Assembly: GCA_947058885.1 (NCBI GenBank)
Contig: CAMSIF010000001.1
Span: 19,997-83,996 of the forward strand
Direction: 5' to 3'
Length of the DNA stretch: 64,000 bases
Source of the DNA: an uncultured Clostridia bacterium
Lineage (GTDB): Bacteria > Bacillota > Clostridia > Oscillospirales > Oscillospiraceae
Under the pieces are notes generated by a model, which was not told where the DNA came from, made no database searches, and saw only the letters and a program-made list of their open reading frames with translations. Positions 54,145 through 64,000 of this stretch are shown here, one piece after another; the first letter of the stretch is position 1; each line of letters starts with the position of its first letter. The position numbers were made by a program, and so were the translations under genes.

Positions 54145-54521
54145 AAGCGCTTTATATTCCTGCCTCCCTTCTGGCGATTATTCTTGCCTTCTCGCTCTGG
54201 ACGGGCCGCTATGTGGAGCTGCAAACCGGCGGCTGGACCGACCTTTTAAAACAAAGCGACGCCGCCGCCCGCCAGGAAAATTGGGCGGAGGCCGAATCCC
54301 AGCTCCAACAGGCTTATCAGGCCTGGGACGCCAGCCAGACCTTTTTCCACACCATCATGGACCACTCCGACCTGGACGAAGCCGAAACGCTTTTCCAGGG
54401 CGCAATGGCTATCTGCGACGAACAGGATGACGCGGACTTCCATCTTCTCCTGGCACAGCTTATGAGCCAGCTTCGCCTGCTCGCCGAAACGCAGAGCATC
54501 AGCATTAAAAATATATTTTAA
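54141..54521 (+). CDS. DUF4363-family small membrane-anchored protein
   Basis: One N-terminal TM plus a helical domain. TTG start 7 nt after AAGGAGG, overlapping the DUF421 stop. The DUF421-DUF4363 pairing is common in Clostridia. Confidence 0.7.
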   Translation: MKALYIPASLLAIILAFSLWTGRYVELQTGGWTDLLKQSDAAARQENWAEAESQLQQAYQAWDASQTFFHTIMDHSDLDEAETLFQGAMAICDEQDDADFHLLLAQLMSQLRLLAETQSISIKNIF

Positions 54522-54672
54522 GCAGCTGTTGTCCGGCGGTATACCGGAAAGTCCTGCTGTTTAACGGCCTGCGGTTATCCCTCAAGTCTGGGAGAAGCCA
54601 CAAGAAGGACATGTATGGCGGACAATTGTTTTGTATAAACGGACAAATTTTATTAAGGAGACGAAAAAACCG

Positions 54673-54702
54673 TTGACGGGAAGGTTTTTTCTATGTTACG
54701 AT
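54673..54702 (+). promoter_or_regulatory. Putative promoter of the gdhA pair
   Basis: TTGACG (54673-78), 18 nt, TGT-TACGAT (54697-54702). Confidence 0.4.
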
Positions 54703-54714
54703 TTACACCGTTAA

Positions 54715-56103
<1,389 letters not shown>

Positions 56104-56116
56104 AGGGGGCGGAAGC

Positions 56117-57460
56117 ATGAACGACTATATTGCCCGGGTGTCGGAAAACCTCCGGCGCCAGTACGCCCACGAGCCGGAGTACCTGCAATCCGTACAGGCG
56201 TGGCTGGATATGATTGCCCCGGCGGCCGGGGACCCCCGCTACGAACGGCTGGACCTCCTTACCCGTATGGTAGAGCCGGAGCGCATGTTCACCTTTCTGG
56301 TCCCCTGGCAGGACGACAGCGGAAAGATCCGCACCAATCACGGTTACCGGGTGCAGTTCTCCAGCGCCATCGGCCCCTATAAGGGCGGCCTGCGGTTCCA
56401 TCCCTCGGTAACGCCCTCGGTGGTGAAATTCCTCGGCTTTGAGCAGACATACAAAAACGCCCTCACGGGCCTGCCTATCGGCGGGGCCGCCGGCGGCGCG
56501 GACTTTGACCCCCGGGGAAAATCCCGCCGGGAGATTATGCGTTTCTGCCAGAGCTTCATGTTCAGCCTTTACCGCTACATCGGTTCCGACACCGACGTGC
56601 CCGCCGGGGATATCGGCGTCGGAAGCCGGGAGATTGGCTACCTGTACGGCGCGTACAAGCGGGTCACAGGCCGGGCGGAGAGCAGCGCGCTCACCGGCAA
56701 GGGCCTCACCTACGGCGGGAGCCGGGTCCGGCAGGCGGCGGCGGGCTTTGGTACCGTGTATTTTCTGGCCCGCATGCTGGAGCGGCAGGGCGAGAGCCTG
56801 GAGGGCAAACGGCTGATTGTCTCTGGATTTGGAAATATGAGCTGGGGCGTCTGCCGTAAGGCGGCGGAGCTGGGGGCCAAGGTAGTGACCCTCTCCGGCC
56901 CGGACGGCTACGTCTACGACCCGGACGGCGTAGCGGCGCAGGAAAAATACGATTTTATGGTTACCATGCGCTACAGCGGTGAGGACCGTGTGGAGCCTTA
57001 CGCGGAGAAATTTGGCGTAGAGTTTTTCCCCGGCAAAAAGCCCTGGGAGGTTCCCGGCGACGCGGCCCTGCCCTGCGCGACAGAAAATGAGTTGGACGTG
57101 GAGGACGCCATTCTGCTGCTCGCCAACGGCGTGCGCTACTACGTGGAGGGGGCCAATATGCCCGCCACCGCCGGCGCGCTGAAGCTCCTGCGGCTCAGTC
57201 CAAAAATTCTCACAGCGGGGGCCAAGGCCAGCGGCAGCGGCGGCGTGGCGGTATCCGCGCTGGAGATGGTGCAGAACAGCCTGCGTTACAGCTGGTCCCG
57301 GCGGGAGGTGGATGGGAAGCTGCGGAGTATCATGAGCAGCATTTACGACGCGTCCGCCGCCGCCGCGGAGGAATACGGCCTGGGCTACGACCTTATCGCA
57401 GGAAACGACATCGCCGCGTTTAAGAAAATTTCTGAGGCAATGATTGCCCAAGGCCTGTAA
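56117..57460 (+). CDS. Glutamate-dehydrogenase-like paralog lacking the catalytic GGGK lysine
   Basis: Collinear with gdhA ([34 protein letters not shown]), but the active-site motif reads GLPIGGAAGGADFDP. It lies 13 nt downstream of gdhA and has its own RBS AAAGGGGG. Confidence 0.85.
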   Translation: MNDYIARVSENLRRQYAHEPEYLQSVQAWLDMIAPAAGDPRYERLDLLTRMVEPERMFTFLVPWQDDSGKIRTNHGYRVQFSSAIGPYKGGLRFHPSVTPSVVKFLGFEQTYKNALTGLPIGGAAGGADFDPRGKSRREIMRFCQSFMFSLYRYIGSDTDVPAGDIGVGSREIGYLYGAYKRVTGRAESSALTGKGLTYGGSRVRQAAAGFGTVYFLARMLERQGESLEGKRLIVSGFGNMSWGVCRKAAELGAKVVTLSGPDGYVYDPDGVAAQEKYDFMVTMRYSGEDRVEPYAEKFGVEFFPGKKPWEVPGDAALPCATENELDVEDAILLLANGVRYYVEGANMPATAGALKLLRLSPKILTAGAKASGSGGVAVSALEMVQNSLRYSWSRREVDGKLRSIMSSIYDASAAAAEEYGLGYDLIAGNDIAAFKKISEAMIAQGL

Positions 57461-57487
57461 GATAATTTCGCTTTACAGCTTTGCCGC

Positions 57488-57527
57488 CTTCCCGGATAGA
57501 GAAATCTATCCGGGAAGACTTTTTTTC
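57488..57527 (+). terminator. Intrinsic terminator of the gdh pair
   Basis: CTTCCCGGATAG-AGAAAT-CTATCCGGGAAG followed by ACTTTTTTTC. Confidence 0.8.
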
Positions 57528-57540
57528 GAGGGCTTTCGAG

Positions 57541-57569
57541 TTGATTTGTTCATATCTATATGGTATTCT
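57541..57569 (+). promoter_or_regulatory. Sigma-A-type promoter of the MBL-fold gene
   Basis: TTGATT (57541-46), 17 nt, TGG-TATTCT (57564-69). Confidence 0.5.
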
Positions 57570-57605
57570 TTAGGTAGAAATTCTATTTGAACAGGAGGTC
57601 TTTCT

Positions 57606-58220
57606 ATGAAACTTACCTGGCTGGGCCACTCCTGCTTTTTGCTGGAGAGCGGCGGCTTCCGGGCGCTGCTGGACCCCTACAAAAGCGTCCAGGGGCTTGC
57701 GGACATCGCCATGGAGGCGGACGCGGTCTATTGCAGCCATGGCCATTTTGACCACGCCTACACCGATCAGGTCACCCTGACGGACGGAAAAGAAAATCCT
57801 TTCACTGTTGCGGAAATTTCAACCTTTCATGATGACAAGGGCGGTGCGCTGCGCGGCAGGAACATCGTCCGCCGGTTTACGGCCGGGGATATGAGCGTGG
57901 TACATCTGGGCGACCTGGGCCACCAACTGTCAGAGGAGCAGCTGGAGGCTGTCCGTCCCTGCGACGTTCTGCTGCTGCCCGTGGGCGGCACTTATACGGT
58001 GGATTGCCAGGGGGCAAAGCAGCTGGCGGATGCCATCAAGCCCCGGGTTATCGTGCCCATGCACTACCGGAACGGGAATCTGGGCTTTGACGTGCTCTCC
58101 ACACTGGATGACTTTTTAGAACAGTATCCGGCGGAATTGGTTCGCCGGTATCCTGGCAATACGCTGGCGGTGGAAAAGGACATGCCGGAGCAGATTGCAG
58201 TCCTGAGATATGGCGCGTAG
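57606..58220 (+). CDS. MBL-fold metallo-hydrolase (UPF0173-like)
   Basis: MKLTWLGHSCFLLE..., the SHGHFDH metal motif, and VPMHY. 204 aa. Confidence 0.8.
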   Translation: MKLTWLGHSCFLLESGGFRALLDPYKSVQGLADIAMEADAVYCSHGHFDHAYTDQVTLTDGKENPFTVAEISTFHDDKGGALRGRNIVRRFTAGDMSVVHLGDLGHQLSEEQLEAVRPCDVLLLPVGGTYTVDCQGAKQLADAIKPRVIVPMHYRNGNLGFDVLSTLDDFLEQYPAELVRRYPGNTLAVEKDMPEQIAVLRYGA

Positions 58221-58291
58221 CAAGGGGGGCCGGAACAGACCGGCCTCCTTTTGTCCTGTGTAAAAAACGAAGGAAAATACTGGGCGGCATC

Positions 58292-58321
58292 TTGCAATTT
58301 TATCCATAATTGTGTTATGAT
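58292..58321 (+). promoter_or_regulatory. Sigma-A-type promoter of potABCD
   Basis: TTGCAA (58292-97), 18 nt, TGT-TATGAT (58316-21). Confidence 0.5.
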
Positions 58322-58362
58322 AAAAAATATTATGCCTTGTTAAAGATGCCAGGAGCAAACTA

Positions 58363-59346
58363 ATGAAAAAAAATACGATTTTACAGCTCAAGGGAATCAG
58401 GAAACGCTTCGGGGAGACAACGGTGCTCAGCGGAATTGACCTCTCCATTGAGGAGGGAGAATTTATTACCCTCCTGGGGTCCTCCGGCTGCGGCAAGACC
58501 ACCACGCTTCGGATTATCGCCGGTCTGGAAACGCCGGACAGCGGCCAGGTCATTCTGGACGGCGCGGACATCACCGCCCTGGAACCTAACAAGCGGCCTG
58601 TCAACACCGTGTTCCAGAACTACGCCCTCTTTCCTTACATGACCGTGGCGGACAACATCGGTTACGGCCTGAAAATCCGGAAGGTCCCCAAGCCGGACAT
58701 CGCCGCGAAGGTGGAGGAAATGCTCCAGCTGGTGCAGCTGGAGGGCTACGGCAGCCGGATGCCGGGCCAGCTCTCCGGCGGACAGCGGCAGCGGGTGGCC
58801 ATTGCCCGCGCGGTGGTCAACGAACCCAAGGTGCTGCTGCTGGACGAACCCCTGGGCGCGTTGGACCTGAAGCTGCGGCGGCAGATGCAGCTGGAGCTGA
58901 AGCGGCTGCAAAAAAAGCTGGGGACAACCTTCATCTATATCACCCATGACCAGGAGGAAGCCATTAATATGTCCGACCGCATTGCTGTAATGCACCAGGG
59001 CGTTCTGGAGCAGGCGGGCGCGCCGAACGAGGTCTACTACCACCCCAAAACCAGCTATGTGGCAAACTTTGTGGGCAGCGCGAATATCCTCCGCGAGGGA
59101 AACGCCGCCTACGCCATCCGCACGGAAAATGTGCTCATGAACGGCGAGCCGGAGTGTACCCGGGAGGCGGCGGTGCTGGAGAAATCCTTCGCGGGAGGGC
59201 AGCTGCGCATTTTATTCCAGCTCCGGGACGGCCAGCGGATTACCGCCAGCCGCTATGGGCTGGACGCGGATATCCGGGAGGGCGGCGCGTGCCGTATCGG
59301 CTGGAGGCCGGAGCACGCGGTGGAGGTGCTGGACGATGGGCAATAA
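58363..59346 (+). CDS. potA: Spermidine/putrescine ABC transporter ATP-binding protein
   Basis: Walker [24 protein letters not shown], signature [25 protein letters not shown], and a C-terminal TOBE-like region. Confidence 0.88.
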   Translation: MKKNTILQLKGIRKRFGETTVLSGIDLSIEEGEFITLLGSSGCGKTTTLRIIAGLETPDSGQVILDGADITALEPNKRPVNTVFQNYALFPYMTVADNIGYGLKIRKVPKPDIAAKVEEMLQLVQLEGYGSRMPGQLSGGQRQRVAIARAVVNEPKVLLLDEPLGALDLKLRRQMQLELKRLQKKLGTTFIYITHDQEEAINMSDRIAVMHQGVLEQAGAPNEVYYHPKTSYVANFVGSANILREGNAAYAIRTENVLMNGEPECTREAAVLEKSFAGGQLRILFQLRDGQRITASRYGLDADIREGGACRIGWRPEHAVEVLDDGQ

Positions 59347-60202
59347 ATCTTCCCCCAAGACCCGGCCCCCCTGGCTGCTCCTCGCGCCCATGTATGCGTT
59401 CACGATTCTTTTCGTGGCTCTGCCCATACTGTATATGTTCCTGCTGAGCTTTCTCACCCGGGCGGAGGTCTGGGGCGTGGAGTTCCAGTTCACCCTGGCA
59501 AACTACAAACGGATTCTGGAGCCCCTTTATCTGGATACTTTTCTGGAATCCTTCCGCTTGGCTCTGATTTCCACAGCCCTGGTGGCCCTCATCGGCTACC
59601 CATACGGCTATTTTATGGCGAAAATGAGCCCGGCCTGGAAAAAACGGATGCTGCTTCTTATCATGATTCCCTTCTGGACCAGCGCGCTTATCCGTCTCTA
59701 CGGCTGGATTATCGTCTTCCGCAGCAACGGCGTGCTGGACAGCCTCCTTATGGGACTGCACATCACCGGGGAACCCCTGAAGCTGCTGTATACCTACCCG
59801 GCTGTGGTGGTGGGCATGGTCTACGCTCTGCTGCCGTTTATGATTCTGGCGGTATACTCCAGCGCGGAGAAAATGGACTGGTCGCTGGTGGAGGCGGCCC
59901 GGGATTTGGGGGCGTCCTCCCGCCTGGCTTTCTGGACGGTCACCTTCAAAATGACCTTGCCGGGACTGCTTAGCGGGGTGGTGCTGACGTTCATCCCATC
60001 CATGGGACTGTTCTTCATCGCGGACCTGCTGGGGGGAAACAAAATTGTCCTGGTGGGCAGCGTCATTCAGGAGCAGCTCACCAAGGGCCGGAATCAGCCC
60101 TTCGCGGCGGCTTTGTCCGCGGTGCTGATGGTGCTGACTGTACTGATGATTCGCCTCTACCGGAGGATTACCGGCGCTTCCAAACTGGAAGGACTGGTGT
60201 AA
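59336..60202 (+). CDS. potB: Spermidine/putrescine ABC transporter permease
   Basis: [28 protein letters not shown] and the EAA loop [10 protein letters not shown]. The start is taken at the internal ATG 59336, which overlaps the potA end by 11 nt. Confidence 0.85.
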   Translation: MGNKSSPKTRPPWLLLAPMYAFTILFVALPILYMFLLSFLTRAEVWGVEFQFTLANYKRILEPLYLDTFLESFRLALISTALVALIGYPYGYFMAKMSPAWKKRMLLLIMIPFWTSALIRLYGWIIVFRSNGVLDSLLMGLHITGEPLKLLYTYPAVVVGMVYALLPFMILAVYSSAEKMDWSLVEAARDLGASSRLAFWTVTFKMTLPGLLSGVVLTFIPSMGLFFIADLLGGNKIVLVGSVIQEQLTKGRNQPFAAALSAVLMVLTVLMIRLYRRITGASKLEGLV

Positions 60203-60211
60203 GGAGGCGTT

Positions 60212-61027
60212 ATGAAGACAAAAAAATGGCCCTTTGCCTATGTGGGCATCATAACAGCTATCACCTATATTCCCATTCTATTGACGGTGGTCTATTCCTT
60301 CAACGCGTCAAAAATTTCCTCGGTATGGGGGGGCTTCTCCCTGGAATGGTACCGGGAGCTGTTTCGGGACCGGGACCTGGGAGAGGCGTTGGTCAACAGT
60401 CTCATCCTGGCGTTCCTGAGCTGTCTGAGCGCGGCGGTGGTTGGCACCACGGGGGCCTTGGGCATGTACCGCTGGAAAAGCCGTCTCAACGACGCGGTGG
60501 CCATGGTGTCCATGCTGCCTATTATGATACCGGAAATTATTCTGGGTATGGTCTTTCTGTCGGTTTTTTCCCTGATGAACCTGCCCTTTGGGATGCTGAC
60601 CCTGGTGATTGCCCATACGGCCTTCTGTATCCCTTACGTCTACTCTATGGTGAGCACCCGGCTGGTGGGCATGGACAAATCCCTGGAGGAGGCGGCTCTG
60701 GATTTGGGGGCGTCCCCCTTCCGGGTGTTTTGGGACGTGACATTCCCTACCATCCTGCCGGGAATTCTCTCCGGCGTCATGCTGGCCTTCGCCATGAGCT
60801 TCGACGACGTGGTCATCAGCATCTTTGTCACCGGCTCCAAGGTCAACACTCTGCCGGTGAAAATCTACACCAAGCTGAAAACCGGCGTAACCCCGGAAGT
60901 CAATGCCCTGGCGGCAGTGATGCTGGCGGTTACTATCGCGCTCATCGCGGCTTCCGCCGCAGTGGGAAACTGGACTAACCGCTCTGAGCGGCGCCAAATA
61001 AAATCACAGGAAAAGGAGAACGTATGA
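60212..61027 (+). CDS. potC: Spermidine/putrescine ABC transporter permease
   Basis: Six-TM permease with the EAA loop LEEAALDLGASPFRVFWDVTFP. Confidence 0.85.
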   Translation: MKTKKWPFAYVGIITAITYIPILLTVVYSFNASKISSVWGGFSLEWYRELFRDRDLGEALVNSLILAFLSCLSAAVVGTTGALGMYRWKSRLNDAVAMVSMLPIMIPEIILGMVFLSVFSLMNLPFGMLTLVIAHTAFCIPYVYSMVSTRLVGMDKSLEEAALDLGASPFRVFWDVTFPTILPGILSGVMLAFAMSFDDVVISIFVTGSKVNTLPVKIYTKLKTGVTPEVNALAAVMLAVTIALIAASAAVGNWTNRSERRQIKSQEKENV

Positions 61028-62085
61028 GAAAAACGCAATGGAAGAAATGGGGCTCCCTGGCTCTGAGCCTGCTGCTTCTGGCCTCCCTGGCCGCCGGATG
61101 CGGCGGGGACGCCAAGCCCAGCGGAGAACTGAGCCTGTACACCTGGGACGGCATGTTCCCCCAGGAGATTCTCGACGGCTTCGAGGAGGAAACGGGAATC
61201 CGGGTGCGCTACTCCAACTTCGACTACGACGAGGACATGCTGGCCAAGCTGGAGGAGACGGAGGGCAAGGACTACGACCTGGTAATCGCTGACGACTATA
61301 TCATCGAGCTGGTGATTGCCGAGGGGCTGGCACAAAAACTGGATACCTCCAAAATGGAGAACTACAAAAATCTGAATCCGGTGTTTATGTCCCAGTTCTA
61401 CGACCCCAATAACGAATACACCGTACCCCACGGGGCGGGTATCCCCCTGCTGGTGTACGACCCTGCTTTGACAGATGTGGAGATTACTGGCTACGAGGAC
61501 CTCTGGAATCCCGCCCTGGCGGACAACATCGCCCTGACCGCCAACTACCGGGTCATTAACGGCATTGCTTTGAAGGTAATGGGGGAATCCTACAATACTG
61601 AGGACCTGGACGTTCTCCAGGCGGCAGGAGAGAAGCTGCTGGAGCTGGCCCCCAACGTCCGGGTTATCAACGACAGCAACACCCAGGATTTCATCATCAG
61701 CGGCGAGGCGGCGGTGGGCTTCCTCTATACCTCCCAGGTCTACCTGGCCATGACGGCCCGGCCGGATTTGAAGCTGGTTCTGCCCAAGGAGGGGCTTGGC
61801 TTCGGCATTATGGCCAGCTTCCTTCCCTCTCAGGCCCCCAACCCGGATGCGGCCTACGCTTTCCTGGACTATATTAACCGTCCAGAGAACGCGGCGAAGT
61901 GCTTTGAGTTCCTGGGGTATTACTGTACCAACAAGGCGGCGGAGAGCCACATCTCCGAGGACATGAAGGAGCTCCTGGTACTGCCGGAGGACGCGGCGGC
62001 GGGAGAGATTGTCCAGAACATCTCCCAGGAGGCGGAGGACCTCCACAGCGAAATCTGGAACCAGTTCCGCGACGCCTGCGGCTGA
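61024..62085 (+). CDS. potD: Spermidine/putrescine ABC transporter substrate-binding lipoprotein
   Basis: Lipobox LLLLASLAAGC and a PotD/PotF-like SBP_bac_8 sequence (LSLYTWDGMFPQEILDGFEEETGI). Confidence 0.85.
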   Translation: MRKTQWKKWGSLALSLLLLASLAAGCGGDAKPSGELSLYTWDGMFPQEILDGFEEETGIRVRYSNFDYDEDMLAKLEETEGKDYDLVIADDYIIELVIAEGLAQKLDTSKMENYKNLNPVFMSQFYDPNNEYTVPHGAGIPLLVYDPALTDVEITGYEDLWNPALADNIALTANYRVINGIALKVMGESYNTEDLDVLQAAGEKLLELAPNVRVINDSNTQDFIISGEAAVGFLYTSQVYLAMTARPDLKLVLPKEGLGFGIMASFLPSQAPNPDAAYAFLDYINRPENAAKCFEFLGYYCTNKAAESHISEDMKELLVLPEDAAAGEIVQNISQEAEDLHSEIWNQFRDACG

Positions 62086-62099
62086 TGCAAATAGGGCAG

Positions 62100-62134
62100 C
62101 CCCCGCCGGGAGATCCATCCCGGCGGGGGTTTTT
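62100..62134. terminator. Terminator after potD (between convergent genes)
   Basis: CCCCCGCCGGG-AGATCCAT-CCCGGCGGGGG followed by TTTTT. Confidence 0.8.
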
Positions 62135-62140
62135 CACGCC

Positions 62141-62938
62141 TCAGCAGGACGTCCAGGCCCTGTGCAGCGCGGCAATATCTTCAAATGTCCAGGACGGCTT
62201 CACCGGGCTGGTTTCCAAATCCGCCAGCGTCCCCTCGCCGGAGAGGACAAAGGCCGTGTCAATACCGGCGTTGACGCCGGAGGCAACGTCCGTATACAGC
62301 CGGTCGCCCACCATCAGCGCCTGTTCCGGCGCAAACCCCGTCCGCTCCAGAGCCAGCAGGACCATGGCGGGTTTCGGCTTGCCAACGACCTGGGGCCGCC
62401 GGTTCGCAGCCCGGTACAGCATCTCGCATACGCTGCCGCAGTCCGGCACAGAGCCGTACCAGGTGGGACAGACCCAGTCCGGATTGGTGGCGATAAAGTC
62501 CACCCCGCGGCGCAGTAAAATACAGGCGTCCTCCAGCTTCTGGAAGGTCAGCTCCGTATCAAAGCCAATGAGCAGGCAGTCAATATCCTCTTCCAGGCGG
62601 TCCGTAACCGGAATCCCCTCCTCCAAAAGCTGCGTCCGGAAACTGGCCGTACCAAAAGCGTAGCATTTACGGTAAGGCGGACGTTTCCGAAGCTCCGCAA
62701 TCATGGCGTCCACGGAGGTGAGAAAATCCTCCCGGACTGCCGGGATACCCATACCGGCCAGTCTGGCGGCGTAAGCGTCCACAGATTTCGAGGAATTGTT
62801 GGTGAGGAACAGACAGCGTCCCCCGGCCCTCCGGACAGCCGTCAGAAACGGGATGGTACCGGGAAACAGCTTCCCATCCAGATAGATGGTTCCATCCATG
62901 TCCAGCAGAAAAAGCTTTTTCTGTTTCAAGTCTCCCAT
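62141..62938 (-). CDS. HAD-IIA family sugar-phosphate phosphatase (NagD-like)
   Basis: Motif I LFLLDMDGT, motif II FLTNNSS, C-terminal MVGDRLYTDV. The start is at MGDLKQKK (62938). Confidence 0.85.
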   Translation of the reverse strand: MGDLKQKKLFLLDMDGTIYLDGKLFPGTIPFLTAVRRAGGRCLFLTNNSSKSVDAYAARLAGMGIPAVREDFLTSVDAMIAELRKRPPYRKCYAFGTASFRTQLLEEGIPVTDRLEEDIDCLLIGFDTELTFQKLEDACILLRRGVDFIATNPDWVCPTWYGSVPDCGSVCEMLYRAANRRPQVVGKPKPAMVLLALERTGFAPEQALMVGDRLYTDVASGVNAGIDTAFVLSGEGTLADLETSPVKPSWTFEDIAALHRAWTSC

Positions 62939-63001
62939 AGCGCGGCCCCTTCCCAGCGGTTTTGGAAGGTATTTTAGCACAGGATGCAGGCGTTGTCCAG
63001 C

Positions 63002-64000
63002 TTAACCGTTCAAAAACGCCATTTTCATACAACGCTGAAAAATCTGCCAGTAGGTCAGCCGCGCCACGGCCCGTTCCGCCACCAGGGGAATCTCCGCCAG
63101 GGTTTCGCCGCCGGAAACTACCGTCATCCGTCCCAGCACCTGTCCCGCCTCCACCGGGGCGGAAAGCTCCTCCTCCAGTTCCACTTGGACGTCTATGCCC
63201 CCGGCCTTCTCCTTGAGGGTAAGGATGGTGTTATCTCCCGCCATTTTGGGCGTAACAAAGGCGGCGTCGCCCAGCGTGACCGGGATATCGTCCAGGACGT
63301 TGGGCGGGTCCACGGTCACCAGAGAGTAGGCGGCAAAGCCGTAGTTGAGCAGCACCTTCGCGCTCTCGAACCGCTGCGGGGACGTAGGGGACTTGAGAAT
63401 CACCGCAATCAGCTCCATACCGCCCCGTTCCGCCGTGGCGGAGAGGCAGTACTGCGCGGCGTCGGTGCTGCCGGTCTTCAGCCCTGTGGCTCCCTCGTAA
63501 AAACGGATAAGCTTGTTGGTGTTGTTCAGCCCAAATTCTCCATTACGGAGGGTGTCCATCCAGATGGTGGTGAACCGGCGGATGTCCGGATGGTTGAGGA
63601 TGAGTTCCCGGCTCATAAGGGCAATGTCATAGGCGGAGGTGACGTGGCCCTGGGCGGGCAGGCCCGTGGGGTTGACAAAATGGGTGTCCTCCATCCCCAG
63701 CTCAGCGGCCCGCTGGTTCATTTTATCCACAAAGGCCTCCATGCTGCCCGCCAGGTGCTCAGCCAGGGCTGCGCTGGCGTCGTTGGCGGAAGCCACGCAC
63801 ACGGCCTTGAGCAGCTCCTCCACCGCCATCTGCTCATTCTCCTTCAGCCAAATCTGGCTGCCGCCCATGGAACAGGCCCGGGCAGAGGCGGTCACGATGT
63901 CGTCATAGCGGAGCGCGCCGGAATCAATGGCCTCCATCACCAGCAGCAGCGTCATAATTTTCGTCACGCTGGCGGGCTCCAGCTGCTCATGCTCATTGAC
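63002..64000 (-). CDS. D-alanyl-D-alanine carboxypeptidase (peptidase S11, PBP5/DacB-like), N-terminus off the right edge
   Basis: The frame stays open to the window end. The SxxK motif PASVTKIMT lies at 63961-63990. SAND at the SxN motif position, KTGST, and the C-terminal PBP5_C-like domain are present. Confidence 0.88.
   Translation of the reverse strand, partial: VNEHEQLEPASVTKIMTLLLVMEAIDSGALRYDDIVTASARACSMGGSQIWLKENEQMAVEELLKAVCVASANDASAALAEHLAGSMEAFVDKMNQRAAELGMEDTHFVNPTGLPAQGHVTSAYDIALMSRELILNHPDIRRFTTIWMDTLRNGEFGLNNTNKLIRFYEGATGLKTGSTDAAQYCLSATAERGGMELIAVILKSPTSPQRFESAKVLLNYGFAAYSLVTVDPPNVLDDIPVTLGDAAFVTPKMAGDNTILTLKEKAGGIDVQVELEEELSAPVEAGQVLGRMTVVSGGETLAEIPLVAERAVARLTYWQIFQRCMKMAFLNG

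Noticed and set aside
54619-54646. CGGACAA repeated 21 nt apart (plus an inverted TTGTCCG at 54529) upstream of the gdhA promoter
   Set aside because: The repeats are only 7 nt long. Matches of this length are expected by chance within a 250-nt region, so this is not reportable as a regulatory site without comparative support.
59255-59335. Upstream extension of the potB ORF
   Set aside because: The extension lies entirely inside potA in another frame. The internal ATG at 59336 gives the normal PotB N-terminus and a typical short overlap with potA.

Overview
This 64-kb chromosomal window comes from a high-G+C genome with strong GGAGG ribosome-binding sites. It looks like a spore-forming anaerobic Firmicute. 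Clostridia, Oscillospiraceae/Ruminococcaceae-like, is my inference from the SLH wall protein, the DUF421/DUF4363 pair and indolepyruvate:ferredoxin oxidoreductase.

I call 56 protein-coding genes (two cut by the window edges) and one tRNA-Gly(CCC). I also call a set of sigma-A-type promoters and intrinsic terminators read by eye. I saw no rRNA, CRISPR array, transposase, integrase or phage genes.

Most of the window is core metabolism and transport:
- nucleotide, tRNA-modification and ribosomal genes: upp, tsaB/tsaE, trxA, yceD-rpmF, adenine deaminase
- nitrogen and carbon metabolism: glutaminase, DegV, PaaI thioesterase plus acyl-CoA ligase, iorAB, malQ, gdhA
- transport: Na/Pi symporter, MATE pump, potABCD
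- wall-related genes: amidase, SLH protein, HAD hydrolase, D-Ala-D-Ala carboxypeptidase

The observations I consider most worth a second look are:
1. An AgrC/ComD-type GHKL histidine kinase with almost no sensor domain and no response regulator. It sits upstream of a heterodimeric ABC exporter whose promoter carries two 17-nt repeats exactly 21 bp apart.
2. A second glutamate-dehydrogenase paralog, co-transcribed with gdhA, in which the catalytic GGGK lysine is replaced (GGAAGG).
3. A 1008-aa fusion of an EndoQ/YqxK-type PHP plus Zn-ribbon nuclease to a compact UvrD/PcrA helicase.
4. A roughly 10-kb rpiR - Opp-type transporter - tldD - tldE - transglutaminase-like lipoprotein unit, preceded by a 75-nt leader built from three nested perfect palindromes.
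5. An unclassified promoter-leader-terminator (riboswitch-like) element upstream of the amidohydrolase gene at the left edge.
6. A 1015-aa protein with a degenerate J-domain.
7. A MacB/FtsX-type transporter split by an inverted XRE gene, next to a membrane-anchored XRE regulator paired with a Cys-rich mini-protein.

I cannot point to one clearly novel multi-gene system with confidence. All functional calls are family-level recognition from the translated sequence, and no database search was possible.
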